Assembly: GCA_965223325.1 (NCBI GenBank) | Contig: CBDCWI010000002.1 | Coordinates: forward strand, 2,016,001-2,080,000 | DNA from: Candidatus Multivoradales bacterium | Lineage (GTDB): Bacteria > Acidobacteriota > Thermoanaerobaculia > Multivoradales > Multivoraceae | DNA: 64,000 bases | Reading direction: 5' to 3' | Shown here: positions 45,474 to 55,197 of the stretch, piece by piece | Layout: every line of letters begins with the position of its first letter | Numbering within the stretch: position 1 is the first letter of the stretch | Notes under the pieces: model-generated | Database searches by the model: none | What the model was told of the DNA's origin: nothing | Seen by the model: the letters and a program-made list of their open reading frames with translations, nothing else | Made by a program: the position numbers and the translations under genes

Positions 45474-46652
45474 TCACGATCGAATGGCGACGAAGAACGC
45501 GATCGCAATCAGAGCGGCCACCACGGCGAAGCCGATCTTCCACACGCTCCATGGCCGCTCGCCCAGCACCTGGCCGGTCTGCGCATTGACCGCCAGCTGG
45601 TAGGTGTTGTCGCCGTACTGGTAGCTCATCAGCCACAGCGGCAGCAAGAGATGTTTGTAGGTCACGGCGTCGTAGCGCACGTCGAGGTCGTCGACGCGCT
45701 GTGCATCACCGCCAATGTCCCGACGCGCCTCACGGTCGAGCCGCGCCTCCATCAGGTGGCGGGCATCGGCAAAGCCGGCGTGTAGCTCGGTGTCGTAGGT
45801 GCGCGCAAAGAACCCGGCCAGGTACTCACCGCGAAACGGCACGGTGCGATCGAGTGGCCAGGGTTCGAGCGAACGCACGAGGTCGCCGTCGAGGCGGCGC
45901 GCGGCAAGCACCAGGACGTCATCGAGGAAGAGCTGAAAGCTCCCCGACACCCGGCGCCACCGCGTTTCGGTGGTCGTCTTGCGGTTCTTTCCCGAACCGC
46001 TCGTGACCCTGTGATGGGTACCGCGCTGCCCGCGGTACCTCGTGAACGTGAGACTGTCGAAGGTCCAAAACGGTAAGAACACTCCTTCGAAGCGCTCCCG
46101 CAAGCCCCGCCGCTTGAAGGCGGTGGGCAAGAACCAGCGCTTCTTGAGCCAACGCCGGAGCGCCCTCGACGCCGTCTCGCGGTCGACCGCAAACGGCAGC
46201 ACCGCGTCGACGGGAATGCGCTCCTCGGTTTGGTGTACGCCGTCACGCTGGAGGGGCGTCCCACACCAGGCGCACTCTGTCGCCGTCAGAGTGCCGGTGA
46301 ACATGACCTCGGCCGAGCAGTTCTGGCACTCGACGGTCTGCTCGAGGCCGGCGTTTGCATCGCCACCCCCAGCCCGCCGCTCTTCTGCCTTGCGCAACTC
46401 GGCCAGGCGATGGAGCGTCTCCTCGTAGTCCTGCTCCTCGATCTTCTTCTCGGGATCGAGCTCGATGTCGCGGTCGTAGCCACAGTGGACACAGCGCAGC
46501 GCATCACGCCCGATCCAATACTCGAGGTCAGCTCCGCACTGCGGACACGGAAAGTGCCGGGCGTCGCGTAGCGGATCGAGGTCGGGCCGCTGCCCAGCCT
46601 CGTCCGTGCGACCCGGCCGCTGGGTGACGACAGAGTCGCCCGGCATGGTCAC
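45474..46652 (-). CDS. Zn-ribbon membrane protein of the type found next to SPFH genes
   Basis: Four CxxC motifs; FLPFWTFD; AVNAQTGQVLGERP; C-terminal TM. Confidence 0.75.
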   Translation of the reverse strand: MTMPGDSVVTQRPGRTDEAGQRPDLDPLRDARHFPCPQCGADLEYWIGRDALRCVHCGYDRDIELDPEKKIEEQDYEETLHRLAELRKAEERRAGGGDANAGLEQTVECQNCSAEVMFTGTLTATECAWCGTPLQRDGVHQTEERIPVDAVLPFAVDRETASRALRRWLKKRWFLPTAFKRRGLRERFEGVFLPFWTFDSLTFTRYRGQRGTHHRVTSGSGKNRKTTTETRWRRVSGSFQLFLDDVLVLAARRLDGDLVRSLEPWPLDRTVPFRGEYLAGFFARTYDTELHAGFADARHLMEARLDREARRDIGGDAQRVDDLDVRYDAVTYKHLLLPLWLMSYQYGDNTYQLAVNAQTGQVLGERPWSVWKIGFAVVAALIAIAFFVAIRS

Positions 46653-47791
46653 TCGGCGTCGGGCGGTGCCGGCGGACCGAAGAGGGCCGCGACTTCAGGC
46701 GTTTGTTCCGCGGTTTGCCACGCTGCGAGCCCGGCGCGCCACACGTGGGTGTGACGGGTGAGCTGGCCCTGGGCGATCAGCTCCCGCAGCCCTTCGACGT
46801 TGAAGGGGCCAAGCGTGCGCCCGTCGACCGCTAGATGCCAGGCAATGGTCTGCGACGGGGGCGGCGGCGGGGGTGGTATCGCACCGGGAGCCGGCATCAT
46901 GACCTGTCCTCCGGCCGCCTGCTGCATGGCTTGCTGCTGCGCCATCACCTGCTGCGCCATCGCCAGACCGACGCCCAGGCCCATGCCCTCGGCGGCGCCG
47001 CCGCCTGCCGGGTTGTTGGCGGCGTCGGCCACGGCTTTGCCCATCTGGTACTGCTGGTAGCGCGCCATGTCGCCAATCACGCCAATGCTCGAACGGGTGT
47101 CGAGCGCCTTCTCGACTTCCTCAGGCAGCGAGATGTTGACGATCAGGAGCTGGGTCATGTCGAGGCCATACTCTTGACCGATCTGCTCCCGCACGTGCAA
47201 TCGCACGTCTTCGGCGATTCGCCCGTAGTTGGCGGCCAGGTCGAGCGCCGCAATCTGAGCCGAACCGACGACGTCTGCGAAGCCGCTCGCCAGGAACGAC
47301 CGAATCAACTCGGCGACCTCGTCGGTCTCGAACTCATCGTCGGTGCCAACGAGCTGCTCGAGCAGTGCCTTCGGGTCGGTGCACTGGAGGTTGTAGGTGC
47401 CGTAGGCGCGCAGGCGAATCGGCCCGAAGTCGGCATCGCGCATCATGATCGGGTTGGGCGTACCCCACTTGAGCCCGGTGACCTGGGCGGTGCGCACGAA
47501 GTAGACCTCGGCCTTGAACGGGCTCTCGAAGCCGTGCTTCCAACTCTTGAGAGTCCGCAGAATCGGCAGGTTGGCGGTCGTCAGTTCGTGGGTGCCGGGA
47601 CCAAAAACATCGGCAAGCTGCCCCTCGTTGACGAAGATCGCCACCTGGCCGGGTCGCACAACCAGGCGCGCGCCGTTCTTGATTTCGTTGCGGTAGCGCG
47701 GAAAGCGCCACACCAGCGTCTGACCCGGGTCGTCGATCCACTGGATGATGTCGACGACTTCATGTCGGAGTTTCTCGAGCCAGTTCACCAT
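46649..47791 (-). CDS. SPFH-domain protein (YdjI-like) with C-terminal GYF_2 domain
   Basis: FESPFKAEVYFV, KWGTPNP, NISLPEEVEKALD; GPF...VWRAGLAAW. Confidence 0.88.
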   Translation of the reverse strand: MVNWLEKLRHEVVDIIQWIDDPGQTLVWRFPRYRNEIKNGARLVVRPGQVAIFVNEGQLADVFGPGTHELTTANLPILRTLKSWKHGFESPFKAEVYFVRTAQVTGLKWGTPNPIMMRDADFGPIRLRAYGTYNLQCTDPKALLEQLVGTDDEFETDEVAELIRSFLASGFADVVGSAQIAALDLAANYGRIAEDVRLHVREQIGQEYGLDMTQLLIVNISLPEEVEKALDTRSSIGVIGDMARYQQYQMGKAVADAANNPAGGGAAEGMGLGVGLAMAQQVMAQQQAMQQAAGGQVMMPAPGAIPPPPPPPSQTIAWHLAVDGRTLGPFNVEGLRELIAQGQLTRHTHVWRAGLAAWQTAEQTPEVAALFGPPAPPDAE

Positions 47792-47855
47792 GCGGTCATC
47801 CTCTTCGTTCTTTGATCGGTTGGGGAAAGCGTACCTGCGCAGGCAGGGGTACGGC

Positions 47856-48296
47856 CTACCACTCGCCTTCATTCTCCATCGACTGCCACGGTTCCCGGAG
47901 AGGTCGTGCCTCGCCGCGCTGGAGGAGCTCGATGGACACCTGATCAGGTGAACGAACAAACGCCATGCGCCCGTCGCGCGGCGGCCGGTTGATCACTACA
48001 CCGCCGTCTCGAAGGCGCTGGCAGGTGGCGTAGATGTCGTCGACCTGGTAGGCGAGATGGCCAAAGTTGCGACCGCCGCTGTACTCCTCGGGGTCCCAGT
48101 TCCAGGTCAGCTCGAGAAGCGGCGCCTGCTTCTCCGCCACCGCCTCACGATCACCTGGCGCGGCCAGAAAGATCAGCGTGAAGCGGCCGGCCTCACTCTC
48201 GTGGCGACGCACTTCCTCGAGGCCCAGCTTGTTGCAATAGAAGTCCAGCGACTCGTCCACGTTCGTGATGCGGACCATGGTGTGAAGAAACTGCAT
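47856..48296 (-). CDS. gloA: Lactoylglutathione lyase / VOC family
   Basis: FLHTMVR, LELTWNWD, GRNFGHLAY, AFVRSPD...IELLQ. Confidence 0.85.
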   Translation of the reverse strand: MQFLHTMVRITNVDESLDFYCNKLGLEEVRRHESEAGRFTLIFLAAPGDREAVAEKQAPLLELTWNWDPEEYSGGRNFGHLAYQVDDIYATCQRLRDGGVVINRPPRDGRMAFVRSPDQVSIELLQRGEARPLREPWQSMENEGEW

Positions 48297-48583
48297 GTTT
48301 GGAGCCTCCGAGGGCATGGGGAGCCGAAGGGAGCGTGAGGACGGCGTAACCGGCGGATCGAACACGACAAAGGGGGCTCATGATATTCGCTGACGAACCC
48401 GCGGATCACCCCGTCGTCTGCGCACATCGACAACTCGAGGATGGTCTATGATCATCACTGACCTTCCTTCTCGTTCCCACCTCCTCTCCTGGGGCGTCTG
48501 CGTCGCCGTTCTCTCTTCCAGGGACGGCACCTGCACCGTGCTTGTTTCGGTGAGATCGTCGTTCGCGTCGATCCGCGTTTCCC

Positions 48584-51532
48584 ATGCCCCCCACCCGCTC
48601 CTCAACGCGCCCTCGGCGCGCCCTACCGCTGCTGCCCCTCTTGACGCTCGCGCTCCTGGCTGGCAACAGCCTCTTGGCGGGCCCGGCTGGGGCTCTCAAC
48701 AGCCTCCGCATCGTCGCGGCTTCGGCGGTCGAGGGATCGTCCGGCACGTCACAACAAGCGCGCTTCCAGGTTTTCGCCGAGCGATCGAACAACCAACCGA
48801 TCACCGTCGCCTTCCGGACCGAGCCGGTCACCGCCACGCCCGACGTCGACTACCGCTCGTTCTCCGGCCTCATCACGTTCCCGGGAGCGAGCAGCCTTCG
48901 CATCCTGAGCATCGAAGTCTTCGGCGACGACGTTGCCGAACCCGACGAGACGTTCCGGGTCAGGCTGTCGTCGCCCGAGAACGCGTCGTTCGTTCGGGCG
49001 AGCGACGCCGAGGCCGTTGCGACCATCGAGGACGACGACGGGGGCAACACGGTGGGACCGCCGCGAGTTGTCGTCGACGACACTTCGGTCGTCGAGGGCG
49101 ACAGCGGACGACGCGATGTCGAGGTCTTGCTTCGCCGCCTGGGCGACACCAGCGGGGTGACCGAACTGCACTACCGACTCGCCAACGGGAGCGCCCGCCA
49201 GGGGGAAGACTGGCGCACCGTGTCCGGGCGCACCATTCTCTACGAAGGCGCCCTGAGTAGTCGCCTTCGCCTCTCGGGCGTCGTCCTCGGCGATAACACT
49301 CCCGAACCTGACGAGTCCTTCTTCGTCGAACTCTGGAACATCACCGGCGGAGTCATCAGCGACCCCCGGGCCGAGATCACCATCATCAATGACGACGGCG
49401 ATCCCCCACCTCCAGAGATCGACCTTGCCCCCGAAGTCGAAGTGCGCGAGGGGAACGAAGGCAGAACCGAGGTGGTGCTCGAAGTCGAGCGGCACGGCGA
49501 TCTCCGCCAGGTCAGCAGCGTCAAGTGGCGCACTGTTGCTGGCCGTGCCGTTGCGGGCGAGGACTTCGAAGATGCCAGCGGGGAGCTCCAGTTTCCGCCT
49601 GACCGACGACGGGTCAGAATCCGCGTCGACGTTCTAGCCGACCAGACCCCTGAAGAAGACGAGAACTTCAGCGTCATGCTCTCGGCGCCCAGTGGCGCCA
49701 CCCTCGGGAATCGAACCGCGACCGTCTTGATCCTTGACGACGACCAGCCCGACACCGGTGACCCAAGTGCACCAGATACACCGTCGACTCCAGACGACAC
49801 AGGTGACACTGATGACACGGGCGACACGGGCGACACGGGCGAGAGCCCGCCAGATGCGCCGCCAGATGAGCAGCCGCCGAACTCTCCGCCTCCAGAGAGT
49901 GACCCGCAACCGCAAGCGCCGCTCGGGTTGCGGCAGTTGCGTTTCGAACTGGCTGAGGCGCGCGCTGGCACACTCCTTGTCGTCGATGCCGAACTCGAAC
50001 GCGACGGGCAGAAAGTACGCCACGCAGAAGCGACCTGGTCCTCCGATGGACCGACTCTGCTCGCCGGCGAAAGAACACGCACCGACGATCGCGGAGTCCT
50101 CAGCCAACGCCTGCGGCTCGACGTCATGCCAGGCCGCTATCTGGTGCGCGCAAAGCTCGAAGAGGCACGCTTCCAAGTCGAGTTCGCCATCACGGTTCGC
50201 GGCGGGTCGGCCGACCTGTTCGAGGCGATCGAGCGCCCGAACCAGGCTTCCGTCGCCGAGGCTTTCGACGCCGCTTGCCTGGGCGCCACCGGTCGTCTCG
50301 AAAGCGCCTGTCGCTACGTCTTCTCCCTCGAAGATCACCAACGCCGCGAGGTCATCGAGCAGATCACCCCCGGTGCGCTCGACGCCCTGGGCTCGGGCGC
50401 CACCCGCGCCCTCCGTGGTCAGGGAAGAAACGTCGCGTCCCGCACTCGCGCTCTGCGCTACGACCTCGCTTCTCCGCGCGCCCGCGCATCGATTGCTGGA
50501 TTGATCGTCTCGCTGCGCGGTGAAACGCTCGCACCCTCCGCCCTCACGACACGCCCGTCGAAGAACGACCCACGCCAGGCCGTCGACCGAGCTCTTGCCG
50601 GCCTCCGCGGCGAGCGCCTGGCCAAGGGCGATGAAACACCGCGCCTTGCTCCGGGCCAAACCGTTCCCGAGGCCAGCCGGCGCTGGGGCGTTTTCGTGAC
50701 CGGCACCGCCTCGTTCGGCGAGCGGCCGCGAACCGGCCTCGAGGAGGGCTACGACTTCACCACCAGCGGTCTCACCATTGGCAGCGACCTTCGGGTTGGC
50801 AAAGGCTGGTACGTCGGTGCAGCTCTCGGCTACACCGACACTCGGCAGGACCTGTTCGGCGCCGGCGGGGTCGTCGACATGACGGGCCCGACGGCGGTTC
50901 TCTACACAACCGCCGGCGGCTCACGGTTCTGGTTCGATCTCTCGCTCAGCGCGTCGCGATTCGACATCGAGAGCCAGCGTCGGATCCGCCTGCCGGCACC
51001 GTTTGACGGGTCGAGCGAGTTCCGCGCCCTCGGTCAATCGGACACCACGGCCTACTCGGTGGTCACCGGAGTCGGATGGGATCTGGTTCAGGGCCGTACC
51101 CGGTTCGAAGGGTTCGTGCGTGGCACCGCCACCCGCGTCGACGTCGACGCCTTCGCCGAGTCGGGCGGCGGTGGGTTCGAGATGCGCTTCGAAGAGCAGC
51201 AGATCGACTCGCGCCTCGTCGAGGCCGGGTTCGAGATCGCCCGACCGTTCAGCTCTCGCCGCGGGATCCTGGAGCCCGCGCTTCGACTGGCCTGGCTGCA
51301 CGAGACGGCTGATGACCGTCGCGCCCTCGGCGGCGTCCTCGCTCTCGATCCATCGGGCAACCGGTTCACACTGCTCACCGACCGGCCAGACCGCCACTGG
51401 CTGGATCTCGGGCTGGGTTTCGCCTGGACGCTACCCCGGCGCCATTCACTCTTTCTCTGGGGCAGCACCGAGCTCGGTCGCGACGATCTGGAGAGCATCA
51501 CCTGGACGGCCGGCTACCGCCGGCAGATGTAG
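48584..51532 (+). CDS. Autotransporter with Calx-beta repeats
   Basis: Three Calx-beta units (GDDVAEPDETF, GDNTPEPDESF, ADQTPEEDENF), D/T/P linker, C-terminal beta-barrel. Confidence 0.88.
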   Translation: MPPTRSSTRPRRALPLLPLLTLALLAGNSLLAGPAGALNSLRIVAASAVEGSSGTSQQARFQVFAERSNNQPITVAFRTEPVTATPDVDYRSFSGLITFPGASSLRILSIEVFGDDVAEPDETFRVRLSSPENASFVRASDAEAVATIEDDDGGNTVGPPRVVVDDTSVVEGDSGRRDVEVLLRRLGDTSGVTELHYRLANGSARQGEDWRTVSGRTILYEGALSSRLRLSGVVLGDNTPEPDESFFVELWNITGGVISDPRAEITIINDDGDPPPPEIDLAPEVEVREGNEGRTEVVLEVERHGDLRQVSSVKWRTVAGRAVAGEDFEDASGELQFPPDRRRVRIRVDVLADQTPEEDENFSVMLSAPSGATLGNRTATVLILDDDQPDTGDPSAPDTPSTPDDTGDTDDTGDTGDTGESPPDAPPDEQPPNSPPPESDPQPQAPLGLRQLRFELAEARAGTLLVVDAELERDGQKVRHAEATWSSDGPTLLAGERTRTDDRGVLSQRLRLDVMPGRYLVRAKLEEARFQVEFAITVRGGSADLFEAIERPNQASVAEAFDAACLGATGRLESACRYVFSLEDHQRREVIEQITPGALDALGSGATRALRGQGRNVASRTRALRYDLASPRARASIAGLIVSLRGETLAPSALTTRPSKNDPRQAVDRALAGLRGERLAKGDETPRLAPGQTVPEASRRWGVFVTGTASFGERPRTGLEEGYDFTTSGLTIGSDLRVGKGWYVGAALGYTDTRQDLFGAGGVVDMTGPTAVLYTTAGGSRFWFDLSLSASRFDIESQRRIRLPAPFDGSSEFRALGQSDTTAYSVVTGVGWDLVQGRTRFEGFVRGTATRVDVDAFAESGGGGFEMRFEEQQIDSRLVEAGFEIARPFSSRRGILEPALRLAWLHETADDRRALGGVLALDPSGNRFTLLTDRPDRHWLDLGLGFAWTLPRRHSLFLWGSTELGRDDLESITWTAGYRRQM

Positions 51533-51595
51533 GAACGACGAGAGCGTTCCGTAGAAGAGACAATCCGCCCTCCGTCAGAGACACACCGAGGCCTC

Positions 51596-54340
51596 TTGGG
51601 GGAACTGGCGTCTCGCCGCTCGTCCCCAGCGAACAGCGTTCTGGGACGGTTCAATCGGCTGGCATCCGAGCTGCATCCAGCGCGCGTAGGATCTAGCAAC
51701 TCCCTGAACCGCCGCCGGGCGGAAAGCTCTCGAGTGAAACCTGTCTCCCATGTGCGACGACCCCAACGTGCGGCCGCCCTTCGTGTCTCCTTTGTACTCC
51801 TTCTGCTGACCGCACACCTCCTGGCCGCCGCACCACCGGCCTCAGCTGCGCGGGGTGAACCACGACTGCGCACCCTCTGGGAAGACTGGCTGGTTTCCGT
51901 TGAGCACATCCTGAAGAGCGACGAGCGCGCCGCGTTCGAGGCGCTCGTCGACACCCAGGATCGCGAGCGTTTCGTGCGTGCTCTGTGGCTGGACCGCGGC
52001 GAACGCATCCACCGGAGGTGGGCGGAGAACGAAGCGGCCGCTGTGGCTCTCCGCAGCCTGTCGCCCGAGCGTGCGCTCGCTGTACGTCTGGCCGGGAAGC
52101 CACGCGAAATCGAACGCGTCCCGGCGTGCGATCGAGAACTGCGGCCACTCGAGATCTGGCACTACTCCGGCTGGACAGTGGCGCATCAGACCGGGGTCAG
52201 AGGTGCCGACACCGCTCCGGAAGGCGAGACCCCGGGCTTCAATCTGGTCTTCGTTCAGTCGAGCACGCTCGACATGCGCTCCTTTAGGTGGTGGCACCCG
52301 GCCCTCCCGGTCCAGGACTTGAGCTTCGCCACCCTCGATCGCACCGAAGCCGACGACAACGCACTGACGCACCTCATTACGAGAGTCAACGCCCTGCGGT
52401 GCCTTGCGCCGGCCCGGGCGGAGCGCATCCTGGGACTGCTCGAAACGGCGCTGTCGCGCAACCAACTCGAGAGCCGCATGCCATGGCCACGAACGCGACA
52501 GGGAAGCGACGACCTGTCGCTGTCCACGCGGGTCAAAGAGCGCCATCCCGGAGTCGAGCTGCCCGGTGCTCTCCGGGTCGACTTCCCCGGCCGCTACGGT
52601 CAGGCAACGATGGTGCTCGCCGGCCAGGTTGAACTGCCGGCCGCCGTGTTCCAGCGCACCAGGAGCGGTCGACTCTTCGATCGCATCACACTCACCGGCG
52701 ACATCTACCGCGGGAGTCGTCTCGTCGACAGCTTCGAGATCGTGCACCTGGTCTCCGGAGGTCTGCCGCGCCAGAACGAGTTGGCCCTCGACTTTTATCG
52801 CACCCTCCGGCCAGGCAGCCACGAACTCGACTTGCGGGTCACGAACTCCGGCGATCTGCCTCTTCTGCGTGTCCGCCGCCCGCTCGAAGTGCCCACACTC
52901 GCCGACACCGCGCCGCAGCCGGCGGGGCGTCTCGCCGGTTTCGCACAGCTCGCGCGCAGCGAGGTTGTGCTCTTGACGACATTTCCGACGCTCGAGCTCC
53001 TGCCACCGGTGGGGCGCCTCGGGCAGCGAGCCACCCTCGAGGCGATGACCACCGGCGGCCCCATCAGAGCGGTGGTTTTCCGTCCCACTGACGGCGGCGC
53101 CGAGATCCGCGACTCCGAGCCACCCTGGACGACTGAGGTCACCCTGCCGGTGGGTTCCGAAGAAAGCCGCTGGACAGCGATCGCACTCGACGCCGAGGGT
53201 CGCGAGCTGGCGCGCGACGAAACCAGGGTACGCGCTGCCGGGCAGCCCTTCGCGGTCGACTTCAAGGTCGGCAATGACACCGGCCCGGAGGACACGGCGG
53301 AAAGCGGCGACCTGGTTGCCACGGTCAGCGTGCCTCTGGAACGGCGGGCGGAAGTCTCGCGTTGTTTTCACCGCGACGCCCTGGTCGAAGAGCGTAGCCT
53401 CCGAGCCCACGAAACCGAGGGCGGAGTGCTCGAGGTTGCCTGCCCGCGCCCGCCCGACTCCAGCGTCACACTCACCTGGGTCCGCCTCGAGGTCGAGCTC
53501 GATAGTGGCGAGCGCGCCGAAGACGTCGCCTTCTTTGGGCGTGATGCACCCGAGCGGCTCGAGATTTCGCTGGTCGAACTCTACGTCAGCGTGCTCGACC
53601 GGCACGGCGCGCCCGTCCCGGGTCTCACTGCGGCAGACTTTCAGGTGCTCGAGAACGGAACGCCGCGACCCATCGCCCGCTTTGGGAACCCGTCGGACCT
53701 ACCGCTCGCCGTGGCGCTCATGATGGACACCTCGAGCTCGATGGGCCGCCGCCTGCGGGTGTCGTCGGAGTCGGCGGAACGCTTCTTCGAGAGCGTCGTC
53801 ACCGAGCGCGACCAGGCCGCGCTCCTGCTTTTCAACCACGACATCCGGCTGCCAGTGCCGTTCACCTCAGACAAGAACCGGCTGCGCTACGGAACGCTCG
53901 GTCTACGAGCGTGGGGTGCGACGCGCCTGTGGGACGGCGTGGTGTGGAGTCTCGGTTCGTTCGACGGCACCCTCGGCCGTCGGGCACTCGTGGTGCTGAC
54001 CGACGGCAATGACGTCGGCAGCGACTACGACGCCGCCCTGGTCGCTGACGCCGCACGTCGTGCCAGCGTGGCGCTCTATCCCATCGCGCTCGGTGACACC
54101 GATGAAGCAACGCGCGCCGCCCTCGCCGACCTCGCCCGCCAGACCGGTGGCCGCAGCTTCAAGGCTTCGAGCATCGCCCAGCTCGACCGCATCTACGAAC
54201 GCATCGAGGAGATCCTGCGTTCGCAGTACCTCCTTGTGTTCGAAGCCGAGGCAGACGGCACATCGTGGCGCGCGCTCGAGGTTTCGGTTACCGGCGAAGG
54301 CCGCACGGCGAGCGCCGTTGACGGCTACTTCTCGCGCTGA
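51596..54340 (+). CDS. VWA-domain protein with GWxTD-like N-terminus (true start probably later)
   Basis: VELYVSVLD..G.PVPGLTAADF; MIDAS DTSSSM; RRALVVLTDGND; LARQTGG; LRSQYLL. Confidence 0.85.
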   Translation: MGELASRRSSPANSVLGRFNRLASELHPARVGSSNSLNRRRAESSRVKPVSHVRRPQRAAALRVSFVLLLLTAHLLAAAPPASAARGEPRLRTLWEDWLVSVEHILKSDERAAFEALVDTQDRERFVRALWLDRGERIHRRWAENEAAAVALRSLSPERALAVRLAGKPREIERVPACDRELRPLEIWHYSGWTVAHQTGVRGADTAPEGETPGFNLVFVQSSTLDMRSFRWWHPALPVQDLSFATLDRTEADDNALTHLITRVNALRCLAPARAERILGLLETALSRNQLESRMPWPRTRQGSDDLSLSTRVKERHPGVELPGALRVDFPGRYGQATMVLAGQVELPAAVFQRTRSGRLFDRITLTGDIYRGSRLVDSFEIVHLVSGGLPRQNELALDFYRTLRPGSHELDLRVTNSGDLPLLRVRRPLEVPTLADTAPQPAGRLAGFAQLARSEVVLLTTFPTLELLPPVGRLGQRATLEAMTTGGPIRAVVFRPTDGGAEIRDSEPPWTTEVTLPVGSEESRWTAIALDAEGRELARDETRVRAAGQPFAVDFKVGNDTGPEDTAESGDLVATVSVPLERRAEVSRCFHRDALVEERSLRAHETEGGVLEVACPRPPDSSVTLTWVRLEVELDSGERAEDVAFFGRDAPERLEISLVELYVSVLDRHGAPVPGLTAADFQVLENGTPRPIARFGNPSDLPLAVALMMDTSSSMGRRLRVSSESAERFFESVVTERDQAALLLFNHDIRLPVPFTSDKNRLRYGTLGLRAWGATRLWDGVVWSLGSFDGTLGRRALVVLTDGNDVGSDYDAALVADAARRASVALYPIALGDTDEATRAALADLARQTGGRSFKASSIAQLDRIYERIEEILRSQYLLVFEAEADGTSWRALEVSVTGEGRTASAVDGYFSR

Positions 54341-55197
54341 CTTGGGTGCGGAGGAAGAGGCGCCAGGGTCACCCGCCAGAAGCTGAGGCCAAGGACCGGC
54401 CGCTTGCGCTCCTGGCGCAGGATGCGAAGAAAGTTCGCAGGCGTCTGGTCGGCGACGCGACCGAGACTCGCCGAAGCGTGGCGCACGACGCGCGTGCCGT
54501 CTGCAAGCTCGAAGAGGAGCGCCTGGTGGCTGATGATGACCGGCGACCACGGAACCGGTTGGCGCACGACATTGAGCAACGTTCCAGAAGGCACCTCGAG
54601 AAGGCCATCGCTGAGCTCCTCGAGAGGAACGTAGGCCAGTGGGTGCTCGCCAAACGGCAGCGCCTCGACCGGTAACTCGAGAGAACGCGCGACGCGGCGC
54701 TCTCGCCAGCTGCGCTCGTCGAGGACGTAGGGTGCAACCTCGGTCTTCTCCCCGCCGACTTCGTGGGTGATCTCTGCTAGCTGGTTGAGGGCCTCGAGGC
54801 CCGGTAGCCACTGCGCCGTCATCAAGTGGCGACGACGTTCGAACGCCGGCGCGCCGTCGTAGCGCAGGCGGTCGAGGACACGGCGAAGCGCCTCTTCATC
54901 GCTGGCTTCTTCAGCATGGACTTCGACCAACGCACGCGCAATCGCGGTCTCAACGAACGTCGTGCAGTCGAAGGCATCGAGACGCAGCCGCGGATCAGCA
55001 TCAGGAGCGGTGCCCGGACCCTCGCCGAGCGGCGACAGAACGTAGGGGCGGCCGAGCAGCGAACGGGTCGCGGCTTCGAGCCGCTCTGCTGGCCGAGGCT
55101 CGACACCGGGTTCAACCTGCGCCCGTGCCGCACCGCCTCCGGTGAGCGTCGCCAGCGCGACGCCAAGAGCAAAAAGGACGACGGGTCGCGCGTTCAC
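54325..55197 (-). CDS. DUF1460 / NlpC-P60-like amidase
   Basis: LLGRPYV...LGEG...LRLDAFDCTTFVE, RRHL, ISHQ, RHAS; start inferred at the GTG overlapping the upstream stop. Confidence 0.8.
   Translation of the reverse strand: MNARPVVLFALGVALATLTGGGAARAQVEPGVEPRPAERLEAATRSLLGRPYVLSPLGEGPGTAPDADPRLRLDAFDCTTFVETAIARALVEVHAEEASDEEALRRVLDRLRYDGAPAFERRRHLMTAQWLPGLEALNQLAEITHEVGGEKTEVAPYVLDERSWRERRVARSLELPVEALPFGEHPLAYVPLEELSDGLLEVPSGTLLNVVRQPVPWSPVIISHQALLFELADGTRVVRHASASLGRVADQTPANFLRILRQERKRPVLGLSFWRVTLAPLPPHPSQREK

Noticed and set aside
49795-49840. GACAC(A/G)GG(T/C) tandem repeat
   Set aside because: Encodes an ordinary DTG linker in the autotransporter.
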